Below, piece after piece: positions 35,815 through 49,644 of a stretch of DNA of 64,000 nt (position 1 is its first letter; every line of letters begins with the position of its first letter). A model generated the notes under the pieces. That model had not been told where the DNA came from, made no database searches, and saw only the letters and a list, made by a program, of their open reading frames with translations. Origin of the DNA: Eledone cirrhosa (Eukaryota). Location of the stretch: assembly GCA_964016885.1 (NCBI GenBank), contig CAXHJY010000928.1, positions 248,001 to 312,000 on the forward strand, read 5' to 3'. Both the position numbers and the translations under genes were made by a program.

Positions 35815-38030
35815 AACCTTCCGCATAGAGGGTGTTGGCAGCAGATGGACCACCTCACCAAACTGCTCCTTCCACGAGTGAAGTGTCCATCTGCTCCAAT
35901 CTAGTAAGGTGGGACAAGGCACGATGGTTAGATGGTAGTAGATGATGGACATAATGTACACATTCATCACCTTTGTGCGACCTGTCAGGGATAGTTTCCT
36001 CTCAATCCATTTCTGGGTGAGAGTGGCCACTCTGCGTGTTACTTCATCAGAGTTCTTATCCACCTGGAGGTCTGATCCATACCAGACCTGAGTAACTTCA
36101 CCGATCTGTTTGTCCAGTGTTGGACAACATTGTTCAATGGCATAGATTTACCTCTCCAGGTGCCGAGCTGTGAACCCACTGACTTTTCCAGGTTCAGTTT
36201 TGCTCCCATCAACCTCATATTCTTCTAAGAAGGTGCTGACCACCTTGATTTCTGAGGTGTCTGACACCATCATGGTGATGTCATCCACATAAGCCGACAC
36301 AGCCTTTCTGCATCCCAGTTCGAGCAGGATGCCCTGCAACAGTTCCTCCTTCCACAGTAAAGTCTTGAGAGTCAATATGTACAGAAGGGAGGAGAGAGGG
36401 CACCCTTGATGGACCGATCGGGAGATCTGAAACAGTTCGAAAAGTTTGCCATTAATTTTGTTCAGTGAGCAGTTGCCGCTGTGCATTGCAGCAATCCAGC
36501 CTCTGAAGGTGGGACCGAAGCCAGCTGCCTTGAGGACAGCCTTCAGGTATCAATGGTTGATCCTATCGAATGCTTTCGATTGATCTAAATTGATTAGAGT
36601 TTCACCGAAGCTGGGTTTACACCATACCCTCTCTATGATGTATCACATGAGGTGGAGGTTGCCGTGTATGGATCTGGTCGGGATTGCGCAAGTTTGCAGC
36701 TCCCCTACCAAACCCTCAATGACAAGCCCCAACCTCTTCACTAACACCTTGGCCAAAATCCTGTGTTTAGCAGAGTTATGGGTCTAAAGTTGTCTAAGGT
36801 ATCCCTCTTGTTTTCATCTTTCTTCATCAGTGTTACTAGGCGCTGGGAGTAATCCCATTCTGCTGCCAGTTGCAGTAGAGCGCTTTGAGATTGGAGAACA
36901 AATCTGGCATATTTACGTAAAGCTCGTAGGGCAGACCATCCAAACCGGGTGACTTGCGCCTCATGCAGCTGACTAGGGCATCCCGAATCTTGGCTGATGT
37001 TATTGGCTTGTCACAGCACCCAGGGCCGGCTGGGGAGAGTCGCAGGAGGCCTTCAAGGAAGGAACTGAAATCTGCCATCATTTCCAAACCTCGACCCTCC
37101 CTGAACAGTTGAGCAAAGTTCTAGCAAAAGGCCTCACACATCCGCCTGGAATCTCTCAGCTCGTGTCCATCTCAGTCCATCAAAGACCGGATCGTGGTTT
37201 TATTACCACGCTGAACCTCTGCCACACGGGCCCATCGTTTCTCAGCGCATGCGCCTTAGCTCTGACAATCCAACCTTCGTGTTTCATATTGAAGAAATGA
37301 TCTAATGCCATTCTCGCCGCTAGCACGTCAGTTGCAATGCCACTACAAATAGCCTCGTCTAACTTATCTACCAACTCCCCCACCTTTCTATTTTTCTCTA
37401 ACACTAGCTCTTTGCTGAACTCTATCGAAGTTACTCTAATCTCTCTTTTGAGAGCCCCCGCCACCATCTGTTGTTGACTCCCACTATCAACTTACACTTA
37501 ACTAAAGTGGTGACCCAGTCCTTGTAAGCTGTACATGCTGCGACTGACATGTTGAGTTTCCAGTAACCAGGTCCTAACCTGCGCATCTTATCTAGCTTGA
37601 CCATTCAGATCACAAACTTGTGATCTGAATAGGCGACTGTTTGAAAAAGTGGACAACCTATACTATCCCTATCTACTGTCCTAATAAACAACCTATCTAC
37701 ATACAATCTAGATGGCCCTACGTGGTTGGTCCAGGTCCACACTGGCGCATTAGGGAAATCTAGTTGACGTGTGTCCAAGATGCTGTTCCAGCCCCCAGCC
37801 CCCCCCCAATGGTAAAGGGTGAGACGCTCCTAGAAAGGCTTCCAGGCACCTAAAGAAATCCAGCTGTCCAGCCCCGGTCAGGCAGAAGATAGCCACCAGT
37901 CTGACGACACCACCTTTGCTATTGTTCACGTCCAGGACCACCAATTTACCAGGTCCAGGAAGATCATCTTTACCTCAAGACTCAGGCCTTTCCTAAACAA
38001 CACTGCCGCTCCACCTCTTATTCCTGGCTG
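35815..38030 (-). mobile_element. L1/Tx1-clade LINE, degraded (partial APE and RT)
   Basis: KSPGLDGLPYE, DQSKAFDR, VHQGCPLS, AYVDD and RKLSLTGR; same family as 49645-52174. Confidence 0.85.
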
Positions 38031-38077
38031 ACTGTTAATCAACTTTTTCTTCTTTTCCTTTTTTCTTACACTGTTAG

Positions 38078-38465
<388 letters not shown>

Positions 38466-38484
38466 TGCACTGCTACTTCATGGG

Positions 38485-38776
38485 ACACACATACAGACAA
38501 AGACACACACATGTATGTGTGATACACATACACACACACACACACTTATGTATGTGCACATACAGAAACACACATGTATATATGAACACACACACACACA
38601 TGTATGTATGAACACACACACACACACATATATGTATGAACACACACACACATGTATGTATAAACACACACTCACATGTAAGAACACACACACACGTATG
38701 TATGAACACACACACACACGTATGTATAAACACACACACACGTATGTATAAACACACACACACACACGTATGTATG

Positions 38777-38818
<42 letters not shown>

Positions 38819-38910
38819 TGTATGAACAAACACATACACAAGTATGTATGAACACACACACACACAAGTATGTATGAACACACACACACACACATGTATG
38901 TATGAACAGA
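38485..38910. repeat. (CA)n-TGTATGTATGAA composite minisatellite
   Basis: Directly visible. Confidence 0.9.
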
Positions 38911-39459
38911 TAATCTCTGGTCCCAAATAATAGGGGGGGGGGGCGAACAAGTGGGGTGGTGGACATTTGTTTAAATAATTATAAGGGGGAGGGGGGGAAT
39001 CTGTAATTGTATAGTGTATGTTTGTAAATATGTGATTTCTTTTAATGTTGTTTCTTTGTCATATATATCATGTTCTTTTAACCTTCAGCACACTGTTGGC
39101 AGCAAATTGTGACAAGAGAGTAATCTCCCCTTAGTACATAATGTAGTGTCAAGGGAAGCAATTCATTAAAAACATTCAGTGTCCTAAATGTTAATGTAAA
39201 ATGAAATAATTACTAGATTCTTCAGCTGTTGTATCAATATAAGTCACAATAAAATTTGGCTGGAGATTGATTAGCAATATTTAATAAGTGTGTGTGTGGG
39301 GGGGGGGGGGTAAATCAGGGAGTTGGAAATAATCTGATGAAAAATTAAGAGGGGGGAGGGGGTTATTGAAGATCTGATGAAGCTGACAGTAGATGACAGA
39401 GGACTGTGGTGAGAGATGCTGTCCAATCCAAGCAGTGGTGACGGTAATGACAACTGTTA

Positions 39460-39660
39460 GATAACTGTTTCTACTATTGGCACAAGGCTAGCAATTACCC
39501 AGTGTATTACTGGTACTTTATTTTATCTACCCCGTAGGGATGAAAGGCAAAGTTAACCTCGGCGGGATTTGAACTCAGAATGGAAAGGGACGTAACTCTT
39601 TGCGTCAAATCATGGCGTCCAACGCTCTACCGATACTGTCAATCCACCGCCTTCCAACTG
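39460..39660 (-). mobile_element. tRNA-SINE family 2, near full length
   Basis: Reverse strand shows a B box GAGTTCAAATCC followed by the conserved central motif GAGGTTAACTTTGCCTTTCATCCC-ACGGGGTAGATAAAATAAAGTACCAGT. Confidence 0.75.
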
Positions 39661-39847
39661 TTAGACATATGAGATAATTGGTTGTTCGTTCAAGTGTTTG
39701 TGATGATCTGTGACAAGGGCTAAAGTGGGAGTGAGGGAGAGAGACAATGTAAGAGTTAAAGAGAAAGAGGGAGAGTGAAAGATGCAGAGAGAGTGAGTGT
39801 GGGAAAGAAAGTGAGTATAAGGGGGAGCGAGAGAGAGTATGTAAGAG

Positions 39848-42800
39848 AGGAAGTAAGAGGGTGGTGGTAGTGATGACATCACACTAAGGTAGTAAGAGGG
39901 AGGTGGTAGTGATGACATCACACTAAGGAAGTAAGAGGGAGGTGGTAGTGATGACATCACACTAAGGTAGTAAGAGGGAGGTGGTAGTGATGACATCACA
40001 CTAAGGTAGTAAGAGGGAGGTGGTAGTGATGACATCACACTAAGGAAGTAAGAGGGAGGTGGTAGTGATGACATCACACTAAGGTAGTAAGAGGGAGGTG
40101 GTAGTGATGACATCACACTAAGGTAGTAAGAGGGAGGTGGTAGTGATGACATCACACTAAGGTAGTAAGAGGGAGGTGGTAGTGATGACATCACACTAAG
40201 GTAGTAAGAGGGAGGTGGTAGTGATGACATCACACTAAGGAAGTAAGAGGGAGGTGGTAGTGATGACATCACACTAAGGAAGTAAGAGGGAGGTGGTAGT
40301 GATGACATCACACTAAGGTAGTAAGAGGGAGGTGGTAGTGATGACATCACACTAAGGTAGTAAGAGGGAGGTGGTAGTGATGACATCACACTAAGGTAGT
40401 AAGAGGGAGGTGGTAGTGATGACATCACACTAAGGAAGTAAGAGGGAAGTGGTAGTGATGACATCACACTAAGGAAGTAAGAGGGAGGTGGTAGTGATGA
40501 CATCACACTAAGGTAGTAAGAGGGAAGTGGTAGTGATGACATCACACTAAGGTAGTAAGAGGGAGGTGGTAGTGATGACATCACACTAAGGAAGTAAGAG
40601 GGAGGTGGTAGTGATGACATCACACTAAGGAAGAGGGAGGTGGTAGTGATGAGATCACACTAAGGTAGTAAGAGGGAGGTGGTAGTGATGACATCACACT
40701 AAGGAAGTAAGAGGGAGGTGGTAGTGATGACATCACACTAAGGTAGTAAGAGGGAGGTGGTAGTGATGACATGACACTAAGGTAGTAAGAGGGAGGTGGT
40801 AGTGATGACATGACACTAAGGTAGTAAGAGGGAGGTGGTAGTGATGACATCACACTAAGGTAGTAAGAGGGAGGTGGTAGTGATGACATCACACTAAGGT
40901 AGTAAGAGGGAGGTGGTAGTGATGACATCACACTAAGGTAGTAAGAGGGAGGTGGTAGTGATGACATCACACTAAGGTAGTAAGAGGGAGGTGGTAGTGA
41001 TGACATCACACTAAGGAAGAGGGAGGTGATAGTGATGACATCACACTTAGGTAGTAAGAGGGAGGTGGTAGTGATGACATCACACTAAGGAAGTAAGAGG
41101 GAGGTGGTAGTGATGACATCACACTAAGGTAGAGGGAGGTGGTAGTGATGACATCACACTAAGGTAGAGGGAGGTGGTAGTGATGACATCACACTAAGGT
41201 AGTAAGAGGGAGGTGGTAGTGATGACATCACACTAAGGTAGAGGGAGGTGGTAGTGATGACATCACACTAAGGTAGTAAGAGGGAGGTGGTAGTGATAAC
41301 ATCACCCTAAGGTAGTAAGAGGGTGGTGGTAGTGATGACATCACACTAAGGAAGTAAGAGGGAGGTGGTAGTGATGACATCACACTAAGGAAGTAAGAGG
41401 GAGGTGGTAGTGATGACATGACACTAAGGTAGTAAGAGGGAGGTGGTAGTGATGACATCACACTAAGGTAGTAAGAGGGAGGTGGTAGTGATGACGTGAC
41501 ACTAAGGAAGTAAGAGGGAGGTGGTAGTGATGACATCACACTGAGGTAGTAAGAGGGAGGTGGTAGTGATGACATCACACTAAGGTAGTAAGAGGGAGGT
41601 GGTAGTGATGACATCACACTAAGGAAGTAAGAGGGAGGTGGTAGTGATGACATCACACTAAGGAAGTAAGAGGGAGGTGGTAGTGATGACATCACACTAA
41701 GGTAGAGGGAGGTGGTAGTGATGACATCACACTAAGGTAGTAAGAGGGAGGTGGTAGTGATGACATCACACTAAGATAGTAAGAGGGAGGTGGTAGTGAT
41801 GACATCACACTAAGGTAGTAAGAGGGAGGTGGTAGTGATGACATCACACTAAGGTAGTAAGAGGGAGGTGGTAGTGATGACATCACACTAAGGAAGTAAG
41901 AGGGAGGTGGTAGTGATGACATCACACTAAGGTAGAGGGAGGTGGTAGTGATGACATCACACTAAGGTAGTAAGAGGGAGGTGGTAGTGATGACATCACA
42001 CTAAGGTAGTAAGAGGGGGGTGGTAGTGATGACATCACACTAAGGTAGTAAGAGGGTGGTGGTAGTGATGACATCACACTAAGGTAGTAAGAGGGAGGTG
42101 GTAGTGATAACATCACACTAAGGTAGTAAGAGGGTGGTGGTAGTGATGACATCACACTAAGGAAGTAAGAGGGAGGTGGTAGTGATGACATCACACTAAG
42201 GTAGTAAGAGGGAGGTGGTAGTGATGACATCACACTAAGGAAGTAAGAGGGAGGTGGTAGTGATGACATCACACTAAGGTAGTAAGAGGGAGGTGGTAGT
42301 GATGACATCACACTAAGGTAGTAAGAGGGAGGTGGTAATGATGACATCACACTAAGGTAGAGGGAGGTGGTAGTGATGACATCACACTAAGGAAGTAAGA
42401 GGGAGGTGGTAGTGATGACATCACACTAAGGTAGTAAGAGGGAGGTGGTAGTGATGACATGACACTAAGGTAGTAAGAGGGAGGTGGTAGTGATGACATC
42501 ACACTAAGGTAGTAAGAGGGAGGTGGTAGTGATGACATCACACTAAGGTAGTAAGAGGGAGGTGCTAGTGATGACATCACACTAAGGTAGTAAGAGGGAG
42601 GTGGTAGTGATGACATGACACTAAGGTAGTAAGAGGGAGGTGGTAGTGATGACATCACACTAAGGAAGTAAGAGGGAGGTGGTAGTGATGACATCACACT
42701 AAGGTAGTAAGAGGGAGTTGATAGTGATGACATCACACTAACGTAGTAAGAGGGAGGTGGTAGTGATGACATCACACTAAGGAAGTAAGAGGGAGGTGGT

Positions 42801-45800
42801 AGTGATGACATCACACTAAGGTAGTAAGAGGGAGGTGGTAGTGATGACATCACACTAAGATAGTAAGAGGGAGGTGGTAGTGATGACATCACACTAAGGT
42901 AGTAAGAGGGAGGTGATAGTGATGACATCACACTAAGGTAGAGGGAGGTGGTAGTGATGACATCACACTAAGGAAGTAAGAGGGAGGTGGTAGTGATGAC
43001 ATCACACTAAGGTAGTAAGAGGGAGGTGATAGTGATGACATCACACTAAGGTAGTAAGAGGGAGGTGGTAGTGATGACATCACACTAAGGAAGTAAGAGG
43101 GAGGTGGTAGTGATGACATCACACTAAGGTAGTAAGAGGGAGGTGGTAGTTATGACATCACACTAAGGTAGTAAGAGGGAGGTGGTAGTGATGACATCAC
43201 ACTAAGGTAGTAAGAGGGAGGTGGTAGTGATGACATGACACTAAGGTAGAGGGAGGTGGTAGTGATGACATCACACTAAGGTAGAGGGAGGTGGTAGTGA
43301 TGACATCACACTAAGGAAGTAAGAGGGAGGTGGTAGTGATGACATCACACTAAGGTAGTAAGAGGGAGGTGGTAGTGATGACATGACACTAAGGTAGTAA
43401 GAGGGAGGTGGTAGTGATGACATCACACTAAGGTAGTAAGAGGGAGGTGGTAGTGATGACATCACACTAAGGTAGTAAGAGGGAGGTGGTAGTGATGACA
43501 TCACACTAAGGTAGAGGGAGGTGGTAGTGATGACATCACACTAAGGTAGAGGGAGGTGGTAGTGATGACATCACACTAAGGAAGTAAGAGGGAGGTGGTA
43601 GTGATGACATCACACTAAGGAAGTAAGAGGGAGGTGGTAGTGATGACATCACACTAAGGTAGTAAGAGGGAGGTGGTAGTGATGACATCACACTAAGGTA
43701 GTAAGAGGGAGGTGGTAGTGATGACATCACACTAAGGTAGTAAGAGGGAGGTGGTAGTGATGACATCACACTAAGGTAGAGGGAGGTGGTAGTGATGACA
43801 TCACACTAAGGTAGAGGGAGGTGGTACTGATGACATCACACTAAGGAAGTAAGAGGGAGGTGGTAGTGATGACATCACACTAAGGTAGTAAGAGGGAGGT
43901 GGTAGTGATGACATCACACTAAGGTAGTAAGAGGGAGGTGGTAGTGATGACATCACACTAAGGTAGTAAGAGGGAGGTGGTAGTGATGACATCACACTAA
44001 GGTAGAGGGAGGTGGTAGTGATGACATCACACTAAGGTAGAGGGAGGTGGTAGTGATGACATCACACTAAGGAAGTAAGAGGGAGGTGGTAGTGATGACA
44101 TCACACTAAGGTAGTAAGAGGGAGGTGGTAGTGATGACATCACACTAAGGTAGTAAGAGGGAGGTGGTAGTGATGACATCACACTAAGGTAGTAAGAGGG
44201 AGGTGGTAGTGATGACATCACACTAAGGTTGTAAGAGGGAGGTGGTAGTGATGACATCACACTAAGGTAGTAAGAGGGAGGTGGTAGTGATGACATCACA
44301 CTAAGGTAGTAAGAGGGAGGTGGTAGTGATGACATCACACTAAGGAAGTAAGAGGGAGGTGGTAGTGATGACATCACACTAAGGTAGAGGGAGGTGGTAG
44401 TGATGACATCACACTAAGGTAGAGGGAGGTGGTAGTGATGACATCACACTAAGATAGTAAGAGGGAGGTGGTAGTGATGACATCACACTAAGATAGTAAG
44501 AGGGAGGTGGTAGTGATGACATCACACTAAGGAAGTAAGAGGGAAGTGGTAGTGATGACATCACACTAAGGTAGTAAGAGGGAGGTGGTAGTGATGACAT
44601 CACACTAAGGTAGAGGGAGGTGGTAGTGATGACATCACACTAAGGAAGTAAGAGGGAGGTGGTAGTGATGACATCACACTAAGGTAGAGGGAGTTGGTAG
44701 TGATGACATCACACTAAGGTAGTAAGAGGGAGGTGGTAGTGATGACATCACACTAAGGTAGTAAGAGGGGGGTGGTAGTGATGACATCACACTAAGGTAG
44801 TAAGAGGGTGGTGGTAGTGATGACATCACACTAAGGTAGTAAGAGGGAGGTGGTAGTGATAACATCACACTAAGGTAGTAAGAGGGTGGTGGTAGTGATG
44901 ACATCACACTAAGGAAGTAAGAGGGAGGTGGTAGTGATGACATCACACTAAGGTAGTAAGAGGGAGGTGGTAGTGATGACATCACACTAAGGAAGTAAGA
45001 GGGAGGTGGTAGTGATGACATCACACTAAGGTAGTAAGAGGGAGGTGGTAGTGATGACATCACACTAAGGTAGTAAGAGGGAGGTGGTAATGATGACATC
45101 ACACTAAGGTAGAGGGAGGTGGTAGTGATGACATCACACTAAGGAAGTAAGAGGGAGGTGGTAGTGATGACATCACACTAAGGTAGTAAGAGGGAGGTGG
45201 TAGTGATGACATGACACTAAGGTAGTAAGAGGGAGGTGGTAGTGATGACATCACACTAAGGTAGTAAGAGGGAGGTGGTAGTGATGACATCACACTAAGG
45301 TAGTAAGAGGGAGGTGCTAGTGATGACATCACACTAAGGTAGTAAGAGGGAGGTGGTAGTGATGACATGACACTAAGGTAGTAAGAGGGAGGTGGTAGTG
45401 ATGACATCACACTAAGGAAGTAAGAGGGAGGTGGTAGTGATGACATCACACTAAGGTAGTAAGAGGGAGTTGATAGTGATGACATCACACTAACGTAGTA
45501 AGAGGGAGGTGGTAGTGATGACATCACACTAAGGAAGTAAGAGGGAGGTGGTAGTGATGACATCACACTAAGGTAGTAAGAGGGAGGTGGTAGTGATGAC
45601 ATCACACTAAGATAGTAAGAGGGAGGTGGTAGTGATGACATCACACTAAGGTAGTAAGAGGGAGGTGATAGTGATGACATCACACTAAGGTAGAGGGAGG
45701 TGGTAGTGATGACATCACACTAAGGAAGTAAGAGGGAGGTGGTAGTGATGACATCACACTAAGGTAGTAAGAGGGAGGTGATAGTGATGACATCACACTA

Positions 45801-48193
45801 AGGTAGTAAGAGGGAGGTGGTAGTGATGACATCACACTAAGGAAGTAAGAGGGAGGTGGTAGTGATGACATCACACTAAGGTAGTAAGAGGGAGGTGGTA
45901 GTTATGACATCACACTAAGGTAGTAAGAGGGAGGTGGTAGTGATGACATCACACTAAGGTAGTAAGAGGGAGGTGGTAGTGATGACATGACACTAAGGTA
46001 GAGGGAGGTGGTAGTGATGCCATCACACTAAGGTAGAGGGAGGTGGTAGTGATGACATCACACTAAGGAAGTAAGAGGGAGGTGGTAGTGATGACATCAC
46101 ACTAAGCTAGTAAGAGGGATGTGGTAGTGATGACATGACACTAAGGTAGTAAGAGGGAGGTGGTAGTGATGACATCACACTAAGGTAGTAAGAGGGAGGT
46201 GGTAGTGATGACATCACACTAAGGTAGTAAGAGGGAGGTGGTAGTGATGACATCACACTAAGGTAGAGGGAGGTGGTAGTGATGACATCACACTAAGGTA
46301 GAGGGAGGTGGTAGTGATGACATCACACTAAGGAAGTAAGAGGGAGGTGGTAGTGATGACATCACACTAAGGAAGTAAGAGGGAGGTGGTAGTGATGACA
46401 TCACACTAAGGTAGTAAGAGGGAGGTGGTAGTGATGACATCACACTAAGGTAGTAAGAGGGAGGTGGTAGTGATGACATCACACTAAGGTAGTAAGAGGG
46501 AGGTGGTAGTGATGACATCACACTAAGGTAGAGGGAGGTGGTAGTGATGACATCACACTAAGGTAGAGGGAGGTGGTAGTGATGACATCACACTAAGGAA
46601 GTAAGAGGGAGGTGGTAGTGATGACATCACACTAAGGTAGTAAGAGGGAGGTGGTAGTGATGACATCACACTAAGGTAGTAAGAGGGAGGTGGTAGTGAT
46701 GACATCACACTAAGGTAGTAAGAGGGAGGTGGTAGTGATGACATCACACTAAGGTAGAGGGAGGTGGTAGTGATGACATCACACTAAGGTAGAGGGAGGT
46801 GGTAGTGATGACATCACACTAAGGAAGTAAGAGGGAGGTGGTAGTGATGACATCACACTAAGGTAGTAAGAGGGAGGTGATAGTGATGACATCACACTAA
46901 GGTAGTAAGAGGGAGGTGGTAGTGATGACATCACACTAAGGTAGTAAGAGGGAGGTGGTAGTGATGACATCACACTAAGGTTGTAAGAGGGAGGTGGTAG
47001 TGATGACATCACACTAAGGTAGTAAGAGGGAGGTGGTAGTGATGACATCACACTAAGGTAGTAAGAGGGAGGTGGTAGTGATGACATCACACTAAGGAAG
47101 TAAGAGGGAGGTGGTAGTGATGACATCACACTAAGGTAGAGGGAGGTGGTAGTGATGACATCACACTAAGGTAGAGGGAGGTGGTAGTGATGACATCACA
47201 CTAAGATAGTAAGAGGGAGGTGGTAGTGATGACATCACACTAAGATAGTAAGAGGGAGGTGGTAGTGATGACATCACACTAAGGAAGTAAGAGGGAAGTG
47301 GTAGTGATGACATCACACTAAGGTAGTAAGAGGGAGGTGGTAGTGATGACATCACACTAAGGTAGAGGGAGGTGGTAGTGATGACATCACACTAAGGTAG
47401 AGGGAGGTGGTAGTGATGACATCACACTAAGATAGTAAGAGGGAGGTGGTAGTGATGACATCACACTAAGGTAGTAAGAGGGAGGTGGTAGTGATGACAT
47501 CACACTAAGGAAGTAAGAGGGAAGTGGTAGTGATGACATCACACTAAGGTAGTAAGAGGGAGGTGGTCGTGATGACATCACACTAAGGTTGTAAGAGGGA
47601 GGTGGTAGTGATGACATCACACTAAGGTAGTAAGAGGGAGGTGGTAGTGATGACATCACACTAAGGTAGTAAGAGGGAGGTGGTAGTGATGACATGACAC
47701 TAAGGTAGTAAGGGGGAGGTGGTAGTGATGACATCACACTAAGGAAGTAAGAGGGAGGTGGTAGTGATGACATCACACTAAGGTAGAGGGAGGTGGTAGT
47801 GATGACATCACACTAAGGTAGAGGGAGGTGGTAGTGATGACATCACACTAAGGTAGTAAGAGGGAGGTGGTAGTGATGACATCACACTAAGGTAGTAAGA
47901 GGGAGGTGGTAGTGATGACATCACACTAAGGAAGTAAGAGAGAGGTGGTAGTGATGACATCACACTAAGGTAGAGGGAGGTGGTAGTGATGACATCACAC
48001 TAAGGTAGAGGGAGGTGGTAGTGATGACATCACACTAAGGTAGTAAGAGGGAGGTGGTAGTGATGACATCACACTAAGGTAGTAAGAGGGAGGTGGTAGT
48101 GATGACATCACACTAAGGTAGTAAGAGGGAGGTGGTAGTGATGACATCACACTAAGGTAGTAAGAGGGAGGTGGTAGTGATGACATCACACTA
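39848..48193. repeat. 39-bp tandem satellite, roughly 215 copies (CACTAAGGTAGTAAGAGGGAGGTGGTAGTGATGACATCA), with 35-bp deletion variants
   Basis: Directly visible; the 13-aa period in the antisense ORFs equals 39 bp. Confidence 0.97.
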
Positions 48194-48286
48194 CTGTTGT
48201 TTGCCTCACTCAACCATAATAACGCTATTTTCTCCCTCAGACCAAATATTTTCAAGTGTTTATCAGATTTCTTTCAAACAGGAAAT

Positions 48287-49618
48287 GTAGTAGCAATAGT
48301 AGTATTGGTGGTAGTGGTAGTGGTGGTAGTAGCAATAGTGGTGGTAGTAGCAATAGTAGTAGTGGTGGTAGTTGTAATGGTGGTAGTAGCAATAGTAGTA
48401 GTGGTGGTAGTGGTGGTAGTAGCAATAGTAGTAGTGGTGGTAGTGGTAGTAGTAGCAATAGTAGTGGTAGTGGTAGTGGTGGTAGTAGCAATAGTAGTGG
48501 TAGTGGTGGTAGTAGCAATAGTAGTAGTGGTGGTAGTTGTAGTGGTGGTGTTAGCAATAGTAGTAGTGGTGGTAGTGGTAGTGGAGGTAGTAGCAATAGT
48601 AGTGGTAGTGGCAGTGGTGGTAGTAGCAATAGTAGTAGTGGTGGTAGTAGCAATAGTAGTAGTGGTGGTAGTGGTAGTGATGGTAGTAGCAATAGTAGTA
48701 GTGGTGGTAGTGGTGGTAGTAGCAATAGTGGTAGTGGTGGTAGTGGTAGTGGTGATAGTAGCAATAGTAGTAGTGGTGGTAGTAGCAATAGTAGTAGTGG
48801 TGGTAGTGGTAGGGGTGGTAGTAGCAATAGTAGTAGTGGTGGTAGTGGTAGTGATGGTAGTAGCAATAGTAGTAGTGGTAGTGGTGATAGTAGCAATAGT
48901 AGTAGTGGTGGTAGTAGTAATAGTAGTAGTGGTGGTAGTAGCAATAGTAGTAGTCGTGGTAGTAGCAATAGTAGTAGTGTTGGCAGTAGCAATAGTAGTA
49001 GTGGTGGTAGTAGCAATAGTAGTAGTGGTGGTAGTAGCAATAATAGTAGTAGTGGTAGTGATGGTAGTAGCAATAGTAGTAGTTGTGGTAGTGGTAGTAG
49101 TGGTAGTGGTGGTAATAGCAATAGTAGTAGTGGTGGTAGTAGCAATAGTAGTAGTGGTGGTAGTAGCAATAGTAGTAGTGGTGGTAGTGGTGGTAGTAGT
49201 AGTGGTGGTAGTAGCAATAGTGGTGGTAGTAGCAATAGTAGTAGTGGTGGTAGTGCTAGTGGTGGTAGTAGCAATAGTAGTAGTGGTGGTAGTAGCAATA
49301 GTAGTAGTGCTGGTAGTAGCAATAGTAGTAGTGGTAGTGGTGGTAGTAGCAATAGTAGTAGTGGTGGTAGTGGTGGTAGTAGTAGTGGTGGTAGTTGTGG
49401 TGGTGGTAGTAGTGGTGGTAGTAGCAATAGTAGTAGTGGTGGTAGTAGCAATAGTAGTAGTGGTGGTAGTGCTAGTGGTGGTAGTAACAATAGTAGTAGT
49501 GGTGGTAGTAGTAGAAGTGGTAGTGGTGGTGGTAGTAGTAGTGGTGGCGGTGGTGGTAGTAGTAGTGGCGGTGTTGGTAGTAGTAGTAGTACTAGAGGTA
49601 GTGGTAGTAGTGGTTAGT
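48287..49618. repeat. (GTA/GTG)n trinucleotide-type low-complexity tract punctuated by AGCAAT
   Basis: Directly visible; the poly-Val and poly-Ser/Gly ORFs are artefacts. Confidence 0.95.
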
Positions 49619-49644
49619 AAATAATTTCTTTAACAATAATAATG

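Noticed and set aside
39089-39125. Possible micro-exon after CCTTCAG
   Set aside because: Weak donor, and the peptide does not match the expected FLRxxL continuation.
39661-48255. Extensin-like (MSSLPPPSYYLSV)n proteins
   Set aside because: Antisense translation of a 39-bp satellite, repeatedly broken by 4-bp deletions; no splice or signal context.
48197-49624. Long poly-Val, Ser/Gly-rich and Leu/Pro ORFs
   Set aside because: A trinucleotide-type repeat open in several frames at once.
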